Below are positions 36,200 through 44,844 of a DNA stretch of 51,271 nt, one piece after another. The DNA comes from a virus. Taxonomy: Duplodnaviria > Caudoviricetes. Each line of letters begins with the position of its first letter. Position 1 is the stretch's first letter. The stretch covers positions 1 to 51,271 of IMG/VR virus record IMGVR_UViG_3300042325_000241. The stretch is one strand, 5' to 3'. The notes under the pieces were generated by a model. The model saw only the letters and a program-made list of their open reading frames with translations. It did not search any database and was not told where the DNA came from. The translations under genes and the position numbers were made by a program.

Positions 36200-36761
36200 A
36201 TGATTGCTCCTTCAAAAAAAGTTCTTTGATATAACCTTCATTTGGTAGCATTTCGACTATTGCCAATCGCTCATGGTGCTTGAATTTAGGCACATCACTG
36301 TAGGAAACATAGTGCGCTATCTTCGCCCCTGTTACACCCAGTTGGTGTTGGATCTGTGGGTAGTAATACTTAGGAATCCAACCCCTAAGGGCTTCTGCAT
36401 GAGCACGGTCATTAGGACACTTAATCTCTAAAATAACTTCTCCATCGTCAGTGATTCCGTCCAAGCTAGCCATAAACCATGGAAAGCTTTCATGCTCCAC
36501 ACAAGCGGGAGTCATTTTTAAACCTGTCAAGTCCTCGTACATTTCGCGCACTATTGGTTCTAGGCGTTTACCCCTAGCCATGCGCTCATTCTCGTACATT
36601 TCACTAGCTATACCCAACTTACGATCCCGTAGCTCTTCTGGTTTACACCATGGATTTGCACCCATGAGTACTGCACAATCAGAACCACCTACCCCGCCCT
36701 GTCTCCACTGTAACCACTCTGCACCGCTCTGATCGAGTGTCACAAACTTGCAATTTGACAT
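36159..36761 (-). CDS. YqaJ-like (lambda Exo family) exonuclease
   Basis: EWLQWRQGGVGGSD, G.RLEP, ASLDG, LEIKCP, YYPQIQHQL. Confidence 0.92.
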   Translation of the reverse strand: MSNCKFVTLDQSGAEWLQWRQGGVGGSDCAVLMGANPWCKPEELRDRKLGIASEMYENERMARGKRLEPIVREMYEDLTGLKMTPACVEHESFPWFMASLDGITDDGEVILEIKCPNDRAHAEALRGWIPKYYYPQIQHQLGVTGAKIAHYVSYSDVPKFKHHERLAIVEMLPNEGYIKELFLKEQSFVQDIENQKARST

Positions 36762-36906
36762 GCTTAATATCCTCATTATGATGTAATGGCAACTCTAATT
36801 CAGCCCTAAGCTGCATAAGCAGAATCTTCTCAGGCGAGCCTGGAAGAAACTTAGTTGGCTGATCAGGTAACATTGTAACATCATATACAAGAGGATGTAT
36901 AGCCAA
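36679..36906 (-). CDS. Hypothetical protein with a PT..PGSPEK...RA...LPL.H.ED motif
   Basis: TTG start with AAGGGG RBS; motif recalled from Planctomycetota proteins. Confidence 0.55.
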   Translation of the reverse strand: MAIHPLVYDVTMLPDQPTKFLPGSPEKILLMQLRAELELPLHHNEDIKHVKLQVCDTRSERCRVVTVETGRGRWF

Positions 36907-36918
36907 TTTGCCCCTTTA

Positions 36919-37638
36919 TTACAGTGGATTACTAAAACACCAAGATCCATCCCTACGCCTAGACATTTTTACCTTGCTCTCTGGGGGTGGAATCAGTGAG
37001 TGTATGTGGTCAGCAATAGCCTTAGCCACAGTGGGGCGTGTACGCGATCTATCCGCTCCCCGTTGTGCAGATGGGGCTTCTTTGGGATACACTTTTCCAC
37101 TTTTACCGCGCATCTGATTGTTCCAAACCCCAGAGCTAGGCTTGCTAACTACTTGGGTTGGTTTCATAGGGGGCACATTGCGGGTGTGGAACATAGTCCT
37201 TTTAGACTCTTGCACACCGTGCTGGTAAGGTTGTAGGGAGAAGGTTGGTTTCTCACCTATTATTTTAGATGCGTGCCCATGCATAACCGGGTTCTCTATC
37301 ATCACCCTGGATGCGTGTGGGGTGTTCAACATGCGTTTGAAATCCTCAGCATCCCTTTGCATGTCTTGCATTCGTGTAGGGTAGGCTAGCGTGCCATCTA
37401 CCTTCTTCTGGGTTAGCCTACTCACCGAACTATTGGCCATGTTTGTACATGTTGGGTGGCCTAGAAGCAAATCCCAATGGTGCTTACCATCTAGTAAATC
37501 CCAATAGTTGCCCTGGTAATGATTTGTCTGGTCAACCTCGTTAGGTTTAAAATCAGCAGTAGTAACATGGTGTCCCAGCGTACGCAAGTGCGCTGCAACA
37601 CCATTGCTACATTCTCCAGCAATCAGTATTTTTCCCAT
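36919..37638 (-). CDS. Second, short-type DNA cytosine methyltransferase-like protein
   Basis: ILIAGECSNG, WDLLLGHPTCT, MIENPV, QPYQHG..SKRT, RSRT...AKAIA. Confidence 0.8.
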   Translation of the reverse strand: MGKILIAGECSNGVAAHLRTLGHHVTTADFKPNEVDQTNHYQGNYWDLLDGKHHWDLLLGHPTCTNMANSSVSRLTQKKVDGTLAYPTRMQDMQRDAEDFKRMLNTPHASRVMIENPVMHGHASKIIGEKPTFSLQPYQHGVQESKRTMFHTRNVPPMKPTQVVSKPSSGVWNNQMRGKSGKVYPKEAPSAQRGADRSRTRPTVAKAIADHIHSLIPPPESKVKMSRRRDGSWCFSNPL

Positions 37639-37790
37639 TACGCTACATTCTTTAATGCATTGCGTAGTCCATAGGCAGCTAGGGCAGCTAGAAACGACTG
37701 TCCAGCTTGCTCAAAGTGTCCTTCTGAAAGTTGGAATAGTGCTAACCCAAGTAACCCTGCACAAGCTAAATAAGTTTTATACCCTTCCAT
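37638..37790 (-). CDS. Holin-like small membrane protein (50 aa)
   Basis: Manual translation MEGYKTYLACAGLLGLALFQLSEGHFEQAGQSFLAALAAYGLRNALKNVA; two hydrophobic segments. Confidence 0.6.
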   Translation of the reverse strand: MEGYKTYLACAGLLGLALFQLSEGHFEQAGQSFLAALAAYGLRNALKNVA

Positions 37791-37792
37791 AA

Positions 37793-37975
37793 TTAGACTC
37801 CTTTAAGTTTTTTGAGTTCTTCTTCAACATCAATCACCTTAGACTCCTTAGCTTTTTGGGCTAAGAGTTTGCGTACACCATCAATAATTGGGTGGTCTTT
37901 TGGACGGCAGGTTTCCCGTGCAATCCATCCACCTGCAAAACATACTGCGCCAATAACCAAAGTAATTAAGCTCAT
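37793..37975 (-). CDS. Small membrane protein
   Basis: N-terminal TM segment, basic coiled C-terminus; RBS AGGAGG. Confidence 0.65.
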   Translation of the reverse strand: MSLITLVIGAVCFAGGWIARETCRPKDHPIIDGVRKLLAQKAKESKVIDVEEELKKLKGV

Positions 37976-38700
37976 TATTCAGTCCTCCTAAAAAAGTATG
38001 CGGAAAGACACAGTGTCACAATTGCAATAAACACTAACAGAGATCCATTAAGGGTATCTCTGAGATCTGGATCACCCCCCCTCCGGTAGTTAGGGTCAAC
38101 TTTTCGCAGTGCTGCTGCTAGACCTGGTGCACCATCCTTGTAATCGTTTTGTTTATGAAGCACTGTTCCATCTGGAGATTGCACATAGATTGCCACCTCG
38201 CCCGTAAGCTCAAAGCCTACCCCAGTGACCGACCAGTGGTTAGAAGGGTAGTCCTGCACCACCGTGATGGTTTTAAAGTCCTTGAGTTCTGGCGCATTTA
38301 GTAAGTCATCCCTGATCTGTTTTCTAAGTGCATCTGGGCCAATGATAGTGAGTCTTAGGAACTCACTATCATCCGGTATACCCGTGTTTCCCATGAGTTG
38401 GAGCGCACTCTCCTTAGTAATCGCCCTTCCATTGTGGTAATAGGACTCTGGCCTACCCTTCATCTCAGATAGATCAATACCATAATTAGCGATCTTTTTT
38501 ATAGGAAATAATTCCAAATATTTTTCTGGGATGGGGGTTGGCAACTCAGATGTTTTAAAATCACCTGTTGGGGTCATCTCCAGATACACCCTCTCAGGTA
38601 TTTTAAAAACACCTACCTGCACAGTGTCCTGGTATAGTGCCACCTGACGCGAATCGTCAGTGGGCACCCAACTAAATATGAAATAGGCGAATAACAGCAT
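37975..38700 (-). CDS. Exported membrane-anchored protein
   Basis: ATG 38700 after AGGAG; hydrophobic N-terminus; NYGIDL motif; C-terminal TM followed by RR. Confidence 0.65.
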   Translation of the reverse strand: MLLFAYFIFSWVPTDDSRQVALYQDTVQVGVFKIPERVYLEMTPTGDFKTSELPTPIPEKYLELFPIKKIANYGIDLSEMKGRPESYYHNGRAITKESALQLMGNTGIPDDSEFLRLTIIGPDALRKQIRDDLLNAPELKDFKTITVVQDYPSNHWSVTGVGFELTGEVAIYVQSPDGTVLHKQNDYKDGAPGLAAALRKVDPNYRRGGDPDLRDTLNGSLLVFIAIVTLCLSAYFFRRTE

Positions 38701-38708
38701 GGGAACTC

Positions 38709-39473
38709 CTAGCGTGGTACGGGTGGTGGTGGTGGTGCGAGCCATACGAAGGCCCATCCATTAGAATCATTAGTCCATCTAACCTTAAACTCTTCTGGTG
38801 TCATCCAAATCAACTCTCCAGCAGTGCCGTTATTGTCCCATATAGCTGCCCATTTATCGTCTAGGTGGGCTAGGCATACCATGTGCGCAATGGTGCCAGA
38901 ATAGCGCACCTTGTCGCGTCCTGCGTAGGTAACTGCTGGCATACGACCAGTCTTCAAAGCTAGCCTTAGGAGGTCTAGTTCCTTACCCTCGTACTGCACA
39001 TACTCTGGGGTATTTATTGAGATAGACTGGGAGTATTCTTTGAGTTGTTTATCAACCTTACTGGGGTAACCGCCTCCAGGCTTATTTGCACACCAACTGC
39101 GTAGGCCTCTAACCGTCTCCAGGTTAGACCACCTAGCTGCCATTTCAATAGAGGACATTACACACATACCCGCACCATCCACCCTAGACCCAATATTGGG
39201 AAGGTGCTGTGAGAGTGGGTAGTCAATTTGCAATGGTGTGGAACCGTCTGGAGCGATAGAACCACCTAGGCTAATAGACTCAACTGAGTCCTCTAGGTCT
39301 GTGCCCCATGGTCGTTTGGGTTTAGGCTCATCCGGTTTAATTGGCAGTGGTGCTGGTGGCGTAATCTTTGGCCTAAGCAGTGGAATAGGGTCAAACTTCA
39401 GTGTGCCAAAATAGACCTCGTTGGCTAGAACTAGGCCTACCACAATAACTAGCATTCCCATAACTTTGTTCAT
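38709..39473 (-). CDS. Exported papain/C39-like cysteine peptidase
   Basis: N-terminal TM/signal; GMCVMSS (Cys), AHMVCL (His), WDNN (Asp), WMTPEEFKVRW. Confidence 0.65.
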   Translation of the reverse strand: MNKVMGMLVIVVGLVLANEVYFGTLKFDPIPLLRPKITPPAPLPIKPDEPKPKRPWGTDLEDSVESISLGGSIAPDGSTPLQIDYPLSQHLPNIGSRVDGAGMCVMSSIEMAARWSNLETVRGLRSWCANKPGGGYPSKVDKQLKEYSQSISINTPEYVQYEGKELDLLRLALKTGRMPAVTYAGRDKVRYSGTIAHMVCLAHLDDKWAAIWDNNGTAGELIWMTPEEFKVRWTNDSNGWAFVWLAPPPPPVPR

Positions 39474-39634
39474 GCGGATCTCCTATTGGTTAGAAGGAAC
39501 AAAACAAAGAACGCAATACCTCCCATAGTCACTCCGTCCTTAAATCCCCACCAATATATTCTATCAATAGTCCACTTTAAAGGTAGCAAAATATCCTCTA
39601 ATAACTCAATTGGGGGTAGATCCTGAGGTGTCAT
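39470..39634 (-). CDS. Small membrane protein (54 aa)
   Basis: Manual translation MTPQDLPPIELLEDILLPLKWTIDRIYWWGFKDGVTMGGIAFFVLFLLTNRRSA; ATGA overlap with the peptidase. Confidence 0.55.
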   Translation of the reverse strand: MTPQDLPPIELLEDILLPLKWTIDRIYWWGFKDGVTMGGIAFFVLFLLTNRRSA

Positions 39635-39989
39635 GTTCACTCCATTTCCCCAGCGGACACTTTTCAGTGGTCCAACTGGACTTGGTGTTTAAAAAACAAC
39701 CACAAACTCCACATTTATCTTCTTTTTTAAATTCACAGGCATCACACACACTTAGGCGCGATTCAACCACGGTCATGGGAACCCGTGTGCAACCTGCGAA
39801 TCCCCATTTCACAATGGAGGATATGAGAGATCCGGTTTGCTCTAGCATAGGTGGTACGACTATTGGCTCATCATCATCCCATGCCCGCCTGATGCGGTCA
39901 TTGTGGTGATAATGCCAACACATCTGACACTGGGAGATGTCGTACACAGAGTCGGGTATCACATTATTACAAGTACATGGTCTTGCCAT
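39606..39989 (-). CDS. Cys-rich protein (DUF6171-like C-terminus)
   Basis: RLSVCDACE...CGVCGCFL..K......CPLGKW; follows the fibre gene. Confidence 0.7.
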   Translation of the reverse strand: MARPCTCNNVIPDSVYDISQCQMCWHYHHNDRIRRAWDDDEPIVVPPMLEQTGSLISSIVKWGFAGCTRVPMTVVESRLSVCDACEFKKEDKCGVCGCFLNTKSSWTTEKCPLGKWSEHDTSGSTPN

Positions 39990-39991
39990 TT

Positions 39992-42900
39992 TTAGCTCAT
40001 CCATAATGAGAAGGAATTGTAGCCCATACTAGACCCAACAAAGGTTACTGTCACTGTCTGACCTGCGGTAAGTGCGGTAGTTCCAGTATCTGGCATACTG
40101 GTGGTAGCGGTTTTTATAACGGTTGTATCGACCTTTAAGCTGATGCTAACTTCAGACCCGCCCATCATGTCGTACGCATACATGGAGTAGTTAAGGGTCC
40201 CTGTATTTCCTGCGGTGAATACCAGTGTTTCGGGTGATCCATAGGAATACATTTGGCCTGTTAGTTGGCTTCCTGAGTTGTCACCGCTACCACTGTAGCT
40301 AGCACTGTTAGAATTGCTAACCAAGTTGAATGGTACAGAAGGATGCAATATAACACTAGCTGTAGCACCTGCACCGTTTGATGTTATAGCTCGTATTAGG
40401 ACGGTGTTATCTGACCCAACGGTCATACTGTACACAGAGATTGTGCCGGGTGAGGAACTGTAGGTACTCTGCCATGATCCACCGTTCACATTGTATTCGT
40501 AATCTGTAATATACGAACCACCATCAGAGATAGGTGCACTAAAAGTAACTGTCCCAGGCATCATGGAACCATCCCCAGATGTACTAGCTGTGATAACAGG
40601 TGCGGATGGGGTTGAGGATGGTGCGTTGTAGGTGAACAGTGTGTTAGCTGCGTTGGTACCACTGGGTGTGGTAACTAGAACACTAGTTGCACCAGCGGTT
40701 CCAGCAGGTGATGTTGCGGTAATGGTGGTTTCATTTACCACGGTTACACTTGTTGCTGCAACCCCGCCTATGGTAACCGCAGTAGCTCCGGTTAGGTTAG
40801 TTCCAGTAATAGTCACGGTGGTGGCACCTGCTGTAGAACCTCCTGATGGGGAGATACTAGTCACAGTAGGTGCTGGTGGTAATGGTAGAGAAGTAGCACT
40901 CACCTGTGCTGTACCATTGGCGTACCCGGTGCGTGTGGTGTTCACTGTCACGGTGGAGGAGGTGTTAGCTGCAACCCCTGTTACCGTGATCTTCCCAGTA
41001 CTGTTAATAGTAGCAGTGCCCACAGACGCAGATGGGGTGTACACGCTAATACCGTTGTAGCTGGTCACTTGCACCGTGAACCCGGTGGTGGTTGGAGTTG
41101 GTGTGCCAAAGGTTATTGCATCGTCTGTTAATGGGGTCGGTACGGCACTTCCCCAAGTAATGGTAGCCGTGTAATCTACATTGTTAGTTGTAAAGGTGTA
41201 AGTGTTAGTGCCGTTAGGTGTGATTTCCCCGGCTATTAAAGGTATAGAAGTACTCACAATTCCTCTGATACTGAATCCCCAACTAACAGTCCCATTTATA
41301 TTTCGATACACCATCAACATTCTATCCGCATTTCTCCAGTCCAGAGTGTGGTATCCGTTAGTCACATAGGAAAGAACCCAATTACCTGGGTTTCCGTTGG
41401 ACAGTGTATCTTCAAATACCAAGTTGTAGGTGTTGCCAGAATAGCTAAGTGTTCCCGTGAGAGGCACACACATTGTGAGACTTGTAGAAGGAACCCGTGT
41501 AGGAGTTGTAGGAGTTGTCGGGGAGCAATACCTGTGCCATGCAAAACTGTTCCAGAACCATGCCCTACCTGCAAAGGAGTAGATCTCATTTAGAATAGGG
41601 GATAGTGGGAACTCAAAGGGGTTAGAGTTGGTATTGGGTGGTGCCAAACAGGTCCCTGTTTGCACCCCACTAGGTGTGGGTGTGGTAGATGTGTTAGTGC
41701 AACCTAGCACGAGGACCCTCCTCCCCATTCTATCAAATTTACTTACAACAAAGTAACTGCCGTTATTGTTGTATTGTGGTCTATCCCAGTTCACAATACT
41801 AATCATCTCACCTATGGCAGGGTTTAAATCCGCACTGTTGTAATTAAAGATGTCTAAAATTGTAAATGTTAGCGTAAAATTTACTTTGTCCAACTCCCAA
41901 GCATGTATATAGGGCGCAAGGAACAATGTGCCACCTTGGGTGGTTATCCCTGGGCCAGTTGGTCCAGCTATATCTGAATCCAAACTTCCAAAGTCCCACC
42001 CTGCTCTACAATCGGTGGTAAGTACCGGGGTTGTTGGTACCACTGGAAAAGTTGTATTTGTAGGGGGTACATAGGGTGGTGGGTACACGGCTTCAGGTGG
42101 ATAACAGTACAGACTACTGTTGCTCAAGCGTATCGCGTAGCCCGCAGGACCTGTTGGGGTCTTAATATATATGTCTTGGCCAGCTATGTCGGTTTGTGCA
42201 GGGACTGTAATAACAGCCTGTGTGTCGGATGTAACTGAAATAGTCAACCCTGGAATACTGGTGGTGGTTACCCCTGTGAAGTTAAACCCGGTAAGGGTAA
42301 TGGTTCCACCATTGTCGTATATGCAGGGTGATGTCTGAACATTAGAAACCGTAGGCATAGGCTCAGGAAACTTCTCTAGTGTCACTGAGATGTACGCAGT
42401 GGTTTTAATCATTGCGGTTGGTGCAGGTGTCCACCAGCTATCCTTCCCATAGGGGTTATTCCCACCTGTTGCACACTGACCCCCATAGGTAGAGTTCAAT
42501 TTATAAACTTGAGCCGGTGGCCACACATACTTTCCTGCCAATAAGTCAAAGTCATATCCAAGATAAATACTATACTTAGGCCAAAATGATTGACATGCAC
42601 GGGTCATCTGCCCAGCACTGTTGTACTGTGCCGATATGTACTCTTGCCCATGTTGAGCGTAGGTGGGGTTTTGTGCAGTTACATATACCGATTCATAGCC
42701 ACCAAGACCCATAACCTCAGGGCTTAAAGTGAAGGATGGTCTAGCTGCCTTAATCGCTGTGAATGTATCCTTCCGTGACAAGCTTATATTTAAGCTGTCT
42801 ACACCATCTGCGTTATTGTACTCGCCAATTACAAAATTAGGTCGGCTAGAGTAAGCTTCCCCTGCGGATGTCTTGTAGTCAAAGGTGACAGGGTAGTTCA

Positions 42901-43504
42901 AGTACCTAGCCCCACCACGCCAACTTCCACCCCCCATATTTAGACCAGAGACATCACTTATCTTAATACCACGGGACCCCCAAACTTGATTACTTGCACT
43001 GTTCCCGTTTACGGTTAGTGCTGAAACATAATCGGTACTGATTGTGTACCACATGTACCCTTTGAAACCAGCAGGAGGTGCAAAGCTGACAGAAGCTGTT
43101 CCGTCCTCTCCATCGCCTACAGTTTCAACAACTGCATTAAACTGCTGGACTAGTCCGTCCCCTGACCATGAAATGGCTAGACCCCCACTCGCACTAGCAC
43201 TTACGGTGGGTTGTGGTGGATCTTCCCCAGTTATAAGCCTACCAATTTCTATGGTGATGAATAAAGCTCCAGGCCCTGTGTTACCCGCATCCTTCTCCCA
43301 TGTTTGTGATATGTTGTTGGATACACCGTAGGAGAAGTTACTGTTGTTCGATCCAACTGGGTACGAGGTTGCAGTACCACCGCTAGGAGCACCATTGATG
43401 TTGTTGGATACCCAGTGGTATCCAGCAGGTGCATTGACTGCCCCAATAGTGACGGTTCTGCCACCACCACCAACGGGTATATAAGGGGGATTAAGTGTTG
43501 GCAT
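39992..43504 (-). CDS. Tail fibre/adhesin with Ig-like (IPT/TIG, FN3) domains
   Basis: PTVTSISPSGGSTAGATTVTITGTNL (IPT); PSAPVIT...DGGSYITDYEY (FN3); 1170 aa. Confidence 0.8.
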   Translation of the reverse strand: MPTLNPPYIPVGGGGRTVTIGAVNAPAGYHWVSNNINGAPSGGTATSYPVGSNNSNFSYGVSNNISQTWEKDAGNTGPGALFITIEIGRLITGEDPPQPTVSASASGGLAISWSGDGLVQQFNAVVETVGDGEDGTASVSFAPPAGFKGYMWYTISTDYVSALTVNGNSASNQVWGSRGIKISDVSGLNMGGGSWRGGARYLNYPVTFDYKTSAGEAYSSRPNFVIGEYNNADGVDSLNISLSRKDTFTAIKAARPSFTLSPEVMGLGGYESVYVTAQNPTYAQHGQEYISAQYNSAGQMTRACQSFWPKYSIYLGYDFDLLAGKYVWPPAQVYKLNSTYGGQCATGGNNPYGKDSWWTPAPTAMIKTTAYISVTLEKFPEPMPTVSNVQTSPCIYDNGGTITLTGFNFTGVTTTSIPGLTISVTSDTQAVITVPAQTDIAGQDIYIKTPTGPAGYAIRLSNSSLYCYPPEAVYPPPYVPPTNTTFPVVPTTPVLTTDCRAGWDFGSLDSDIAGPTGPGITTQGGTLFLAPYIHAWELDKVNFTLTFTILDIFNYNSADLNPAIGEMISIVNWDRPQYNNNGSYFVVSKFDRMGRRVLVLGCTNTSTTPTPSGVQTGTCLAPPNTNSNPFEFPLSPILNEIYSFAGRAWFWNSFAWHRYCSPTTPTTPTRVPSTSLTMCVPLTGTLSYSGNTYNLVFEDTLSNGNPGNWVLSYVTNGYHTLDWRNADRMLMVYRNINGTVSWGFSIRGIVSTSIPLIAGEITPNGTNTYTFTTNNVDYTATITWGSAVPTPLTDDAITFGTPTPTTTGFTVQVTSYNGISVYTPSASVGTATINSTGKITVTGVAANTSSTVTVNTTRTGYANGTAQVSATSLPLPPAPTVTSISPSGGSTAGATTVTITGTNLTGATAVTIGGVAATSVTVVNETTITATSPAGTAGATSVLVTTPSGTNAANTLFTYNAPSSTPSAPVITASTSGDGSMMPGTVTFSAPISDGGSYITDYEYNVNGGSWQSTYSSSPGTISVYSMTVGSDNTVLIRAITSNGAGATASVILHPSVPFNLVSNSNSASYSGSGDNSGSQLTGQMYSYGSPETLVFTAGNTGTLNYSMYAYDMMGGSEVSISLKVDTTVIKTATTSMPDTGTTALTAGQTVTVTFVGSSMGYNSFSLWMS

Positions 43505-43512
43505 GATATCTC

Positions 43513-44844
43513 CTAGGTATTAAATTGCACCCATGCGCTGCCGTAGTAGGTGTAGAGTATTGCGTCCGTAGTATTAACCCATCTGTCACCCTGTCCTGGG
43601 GAAGTTGGTGCTGTTGAACCCGTGTTAAACAATGTTCCTGATCCACCCCCACTACTTCCTGTAGCGTCTGTAGCATTAATCCACTTGCTGGTGGCGGTGT
43701 CATATTTTAAAACTTGTCCGTTGGTGGGTGTTGTAACCACCACATCTGTTAGACCAGTTAATACGGTTGATCCTCCACCGCTGCCTGTTGCATCGGTGTC
43801 GTTAATCCATTTACTAGTGGAGGCGTTGTATTTTAGAACCTGTCCGTTAGCAGGTGTGGTAAGCACCACATCCGTAAGTCCAAGTAGTGCCGTAGCCCCA
43901 CTACTACCAGTTGCATCCGTATCATTAACCCATTTACTAGTTGATGTGTTGTACTTTAAAACCTGCCCGTTAGATGGTGTTGTGATAACAACATCAGTTA
44001 AGGCTACTAGGGTGCTAGACCCACCACCAACCAATGCATCACCGTCCACAATAAGAATAGGTGTCCCAGTTTGGTCAGCGCACCATAGTTGTTTATCTGG
44101 AATATTTATGCAGATCTCAAATGGTACTAGATCCGTGGATAGGGGAACCTTACCCGCAACAATACTGCGTCTAGGTTTAATAATGTCTGTGTAGGACAGG
44201 TCTAGCTCTAGTATGGCTGGTATAAGCCCAGGTGCGCCAAAGCTGATGAGCACATGTGCCCCTGACGAGAATGTCAGGGCACTGAATATCACATAACCAC
44301 TGGCGTTAGTAACTAGGGTGGTGGTACCACTGACATTTGCACCAGATGCGGTTGCAACTATGCTCACACCGTCTAATGGTATGGAGTTATTGGAGGAGTC
44401 TTTTAGTTGCAGCTTAATAGGTATCTGGAGGGTTCTATTGATGATCGCAGTGGTAGGTATAGGCGTTGATGTGATAACTAACTTAGATGCGTTCGATATT
44501 GAAAATGTGATTGAGGATATTACATTCAAATTAGTCGTGGTAAACGACAGTGATGCTGGTGCAATGTCTAGGGTGCTATTAGACGAGTCCGGCACAAAGC
44601 CCAAGTTGGTGAATGCTGCAACACCGCTTACAAACGGTATGGACAGTGTACCGCTTAGGTTATATCCTGCATTACCCACACCCTCAACGACTAGGACCGT
44701 ACCAACAAAACCCGCATCTACCGTGAACGCATTAGTAACCGTGTCCAGGTTGCCAACTTGGATAACAGGTTGGGTGCTAAGGGTAGCGTTGTACCGTGCG
44801 CCCTGTGGCTGAGTTAGTATTTTTAGTGCTTTGATAATAGCCAT
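43513..44844 (-). CDS. Tail fibre protein with three tandem repeats of about 41 aa
   Basis: LTDVV.TTP.NGQVLKY...SKW.N.TDATGS x3. Confidence 0.75.
   Translation of the reverse strand: MAIIKALKILTQPQGARYNATLSTQPVIQVGNLDTVTNAFTVDAGFVGTVLVVEGVGNAGYNLSGTLSIPFVSGVAAFTNLGFVPDSSNSTLDIAPASLSFTTTNLNVISSITFSISNASKLVITSTPIPTTAIINRTLQIPIKLQLKDSSNNSIPLDGVSIVATASGANVSGTTTLVTNASGYVIFSALTFSSGAHVLISFGAPGLIPAILELDLSYTDIIKPRRSIVAGKVPLSTDLVPFEICINIPDKQLWCADQTGTPILIVDGDALVGGGSSTLVALTDVVITTPSNGQVLKYNTSTSKWVNDTDATGSSGATALLGLTDVVLTTPANGQVLKYNASTSKWINDTDATGSGGGSTVLTGLTDVVVTTPTNGQVLKYDTATSKWINATDATGSSGGGSGTLFNTGSTAPTSPGQGDRWVNTTDAILYTYYGSAWVQFNT
43650..44016 (-). repeat. Three degenerate coding tandem repeats, approximate bounds
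   Basis: Repeated peptide unit in the fibre protein. Confidence 0.7.
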
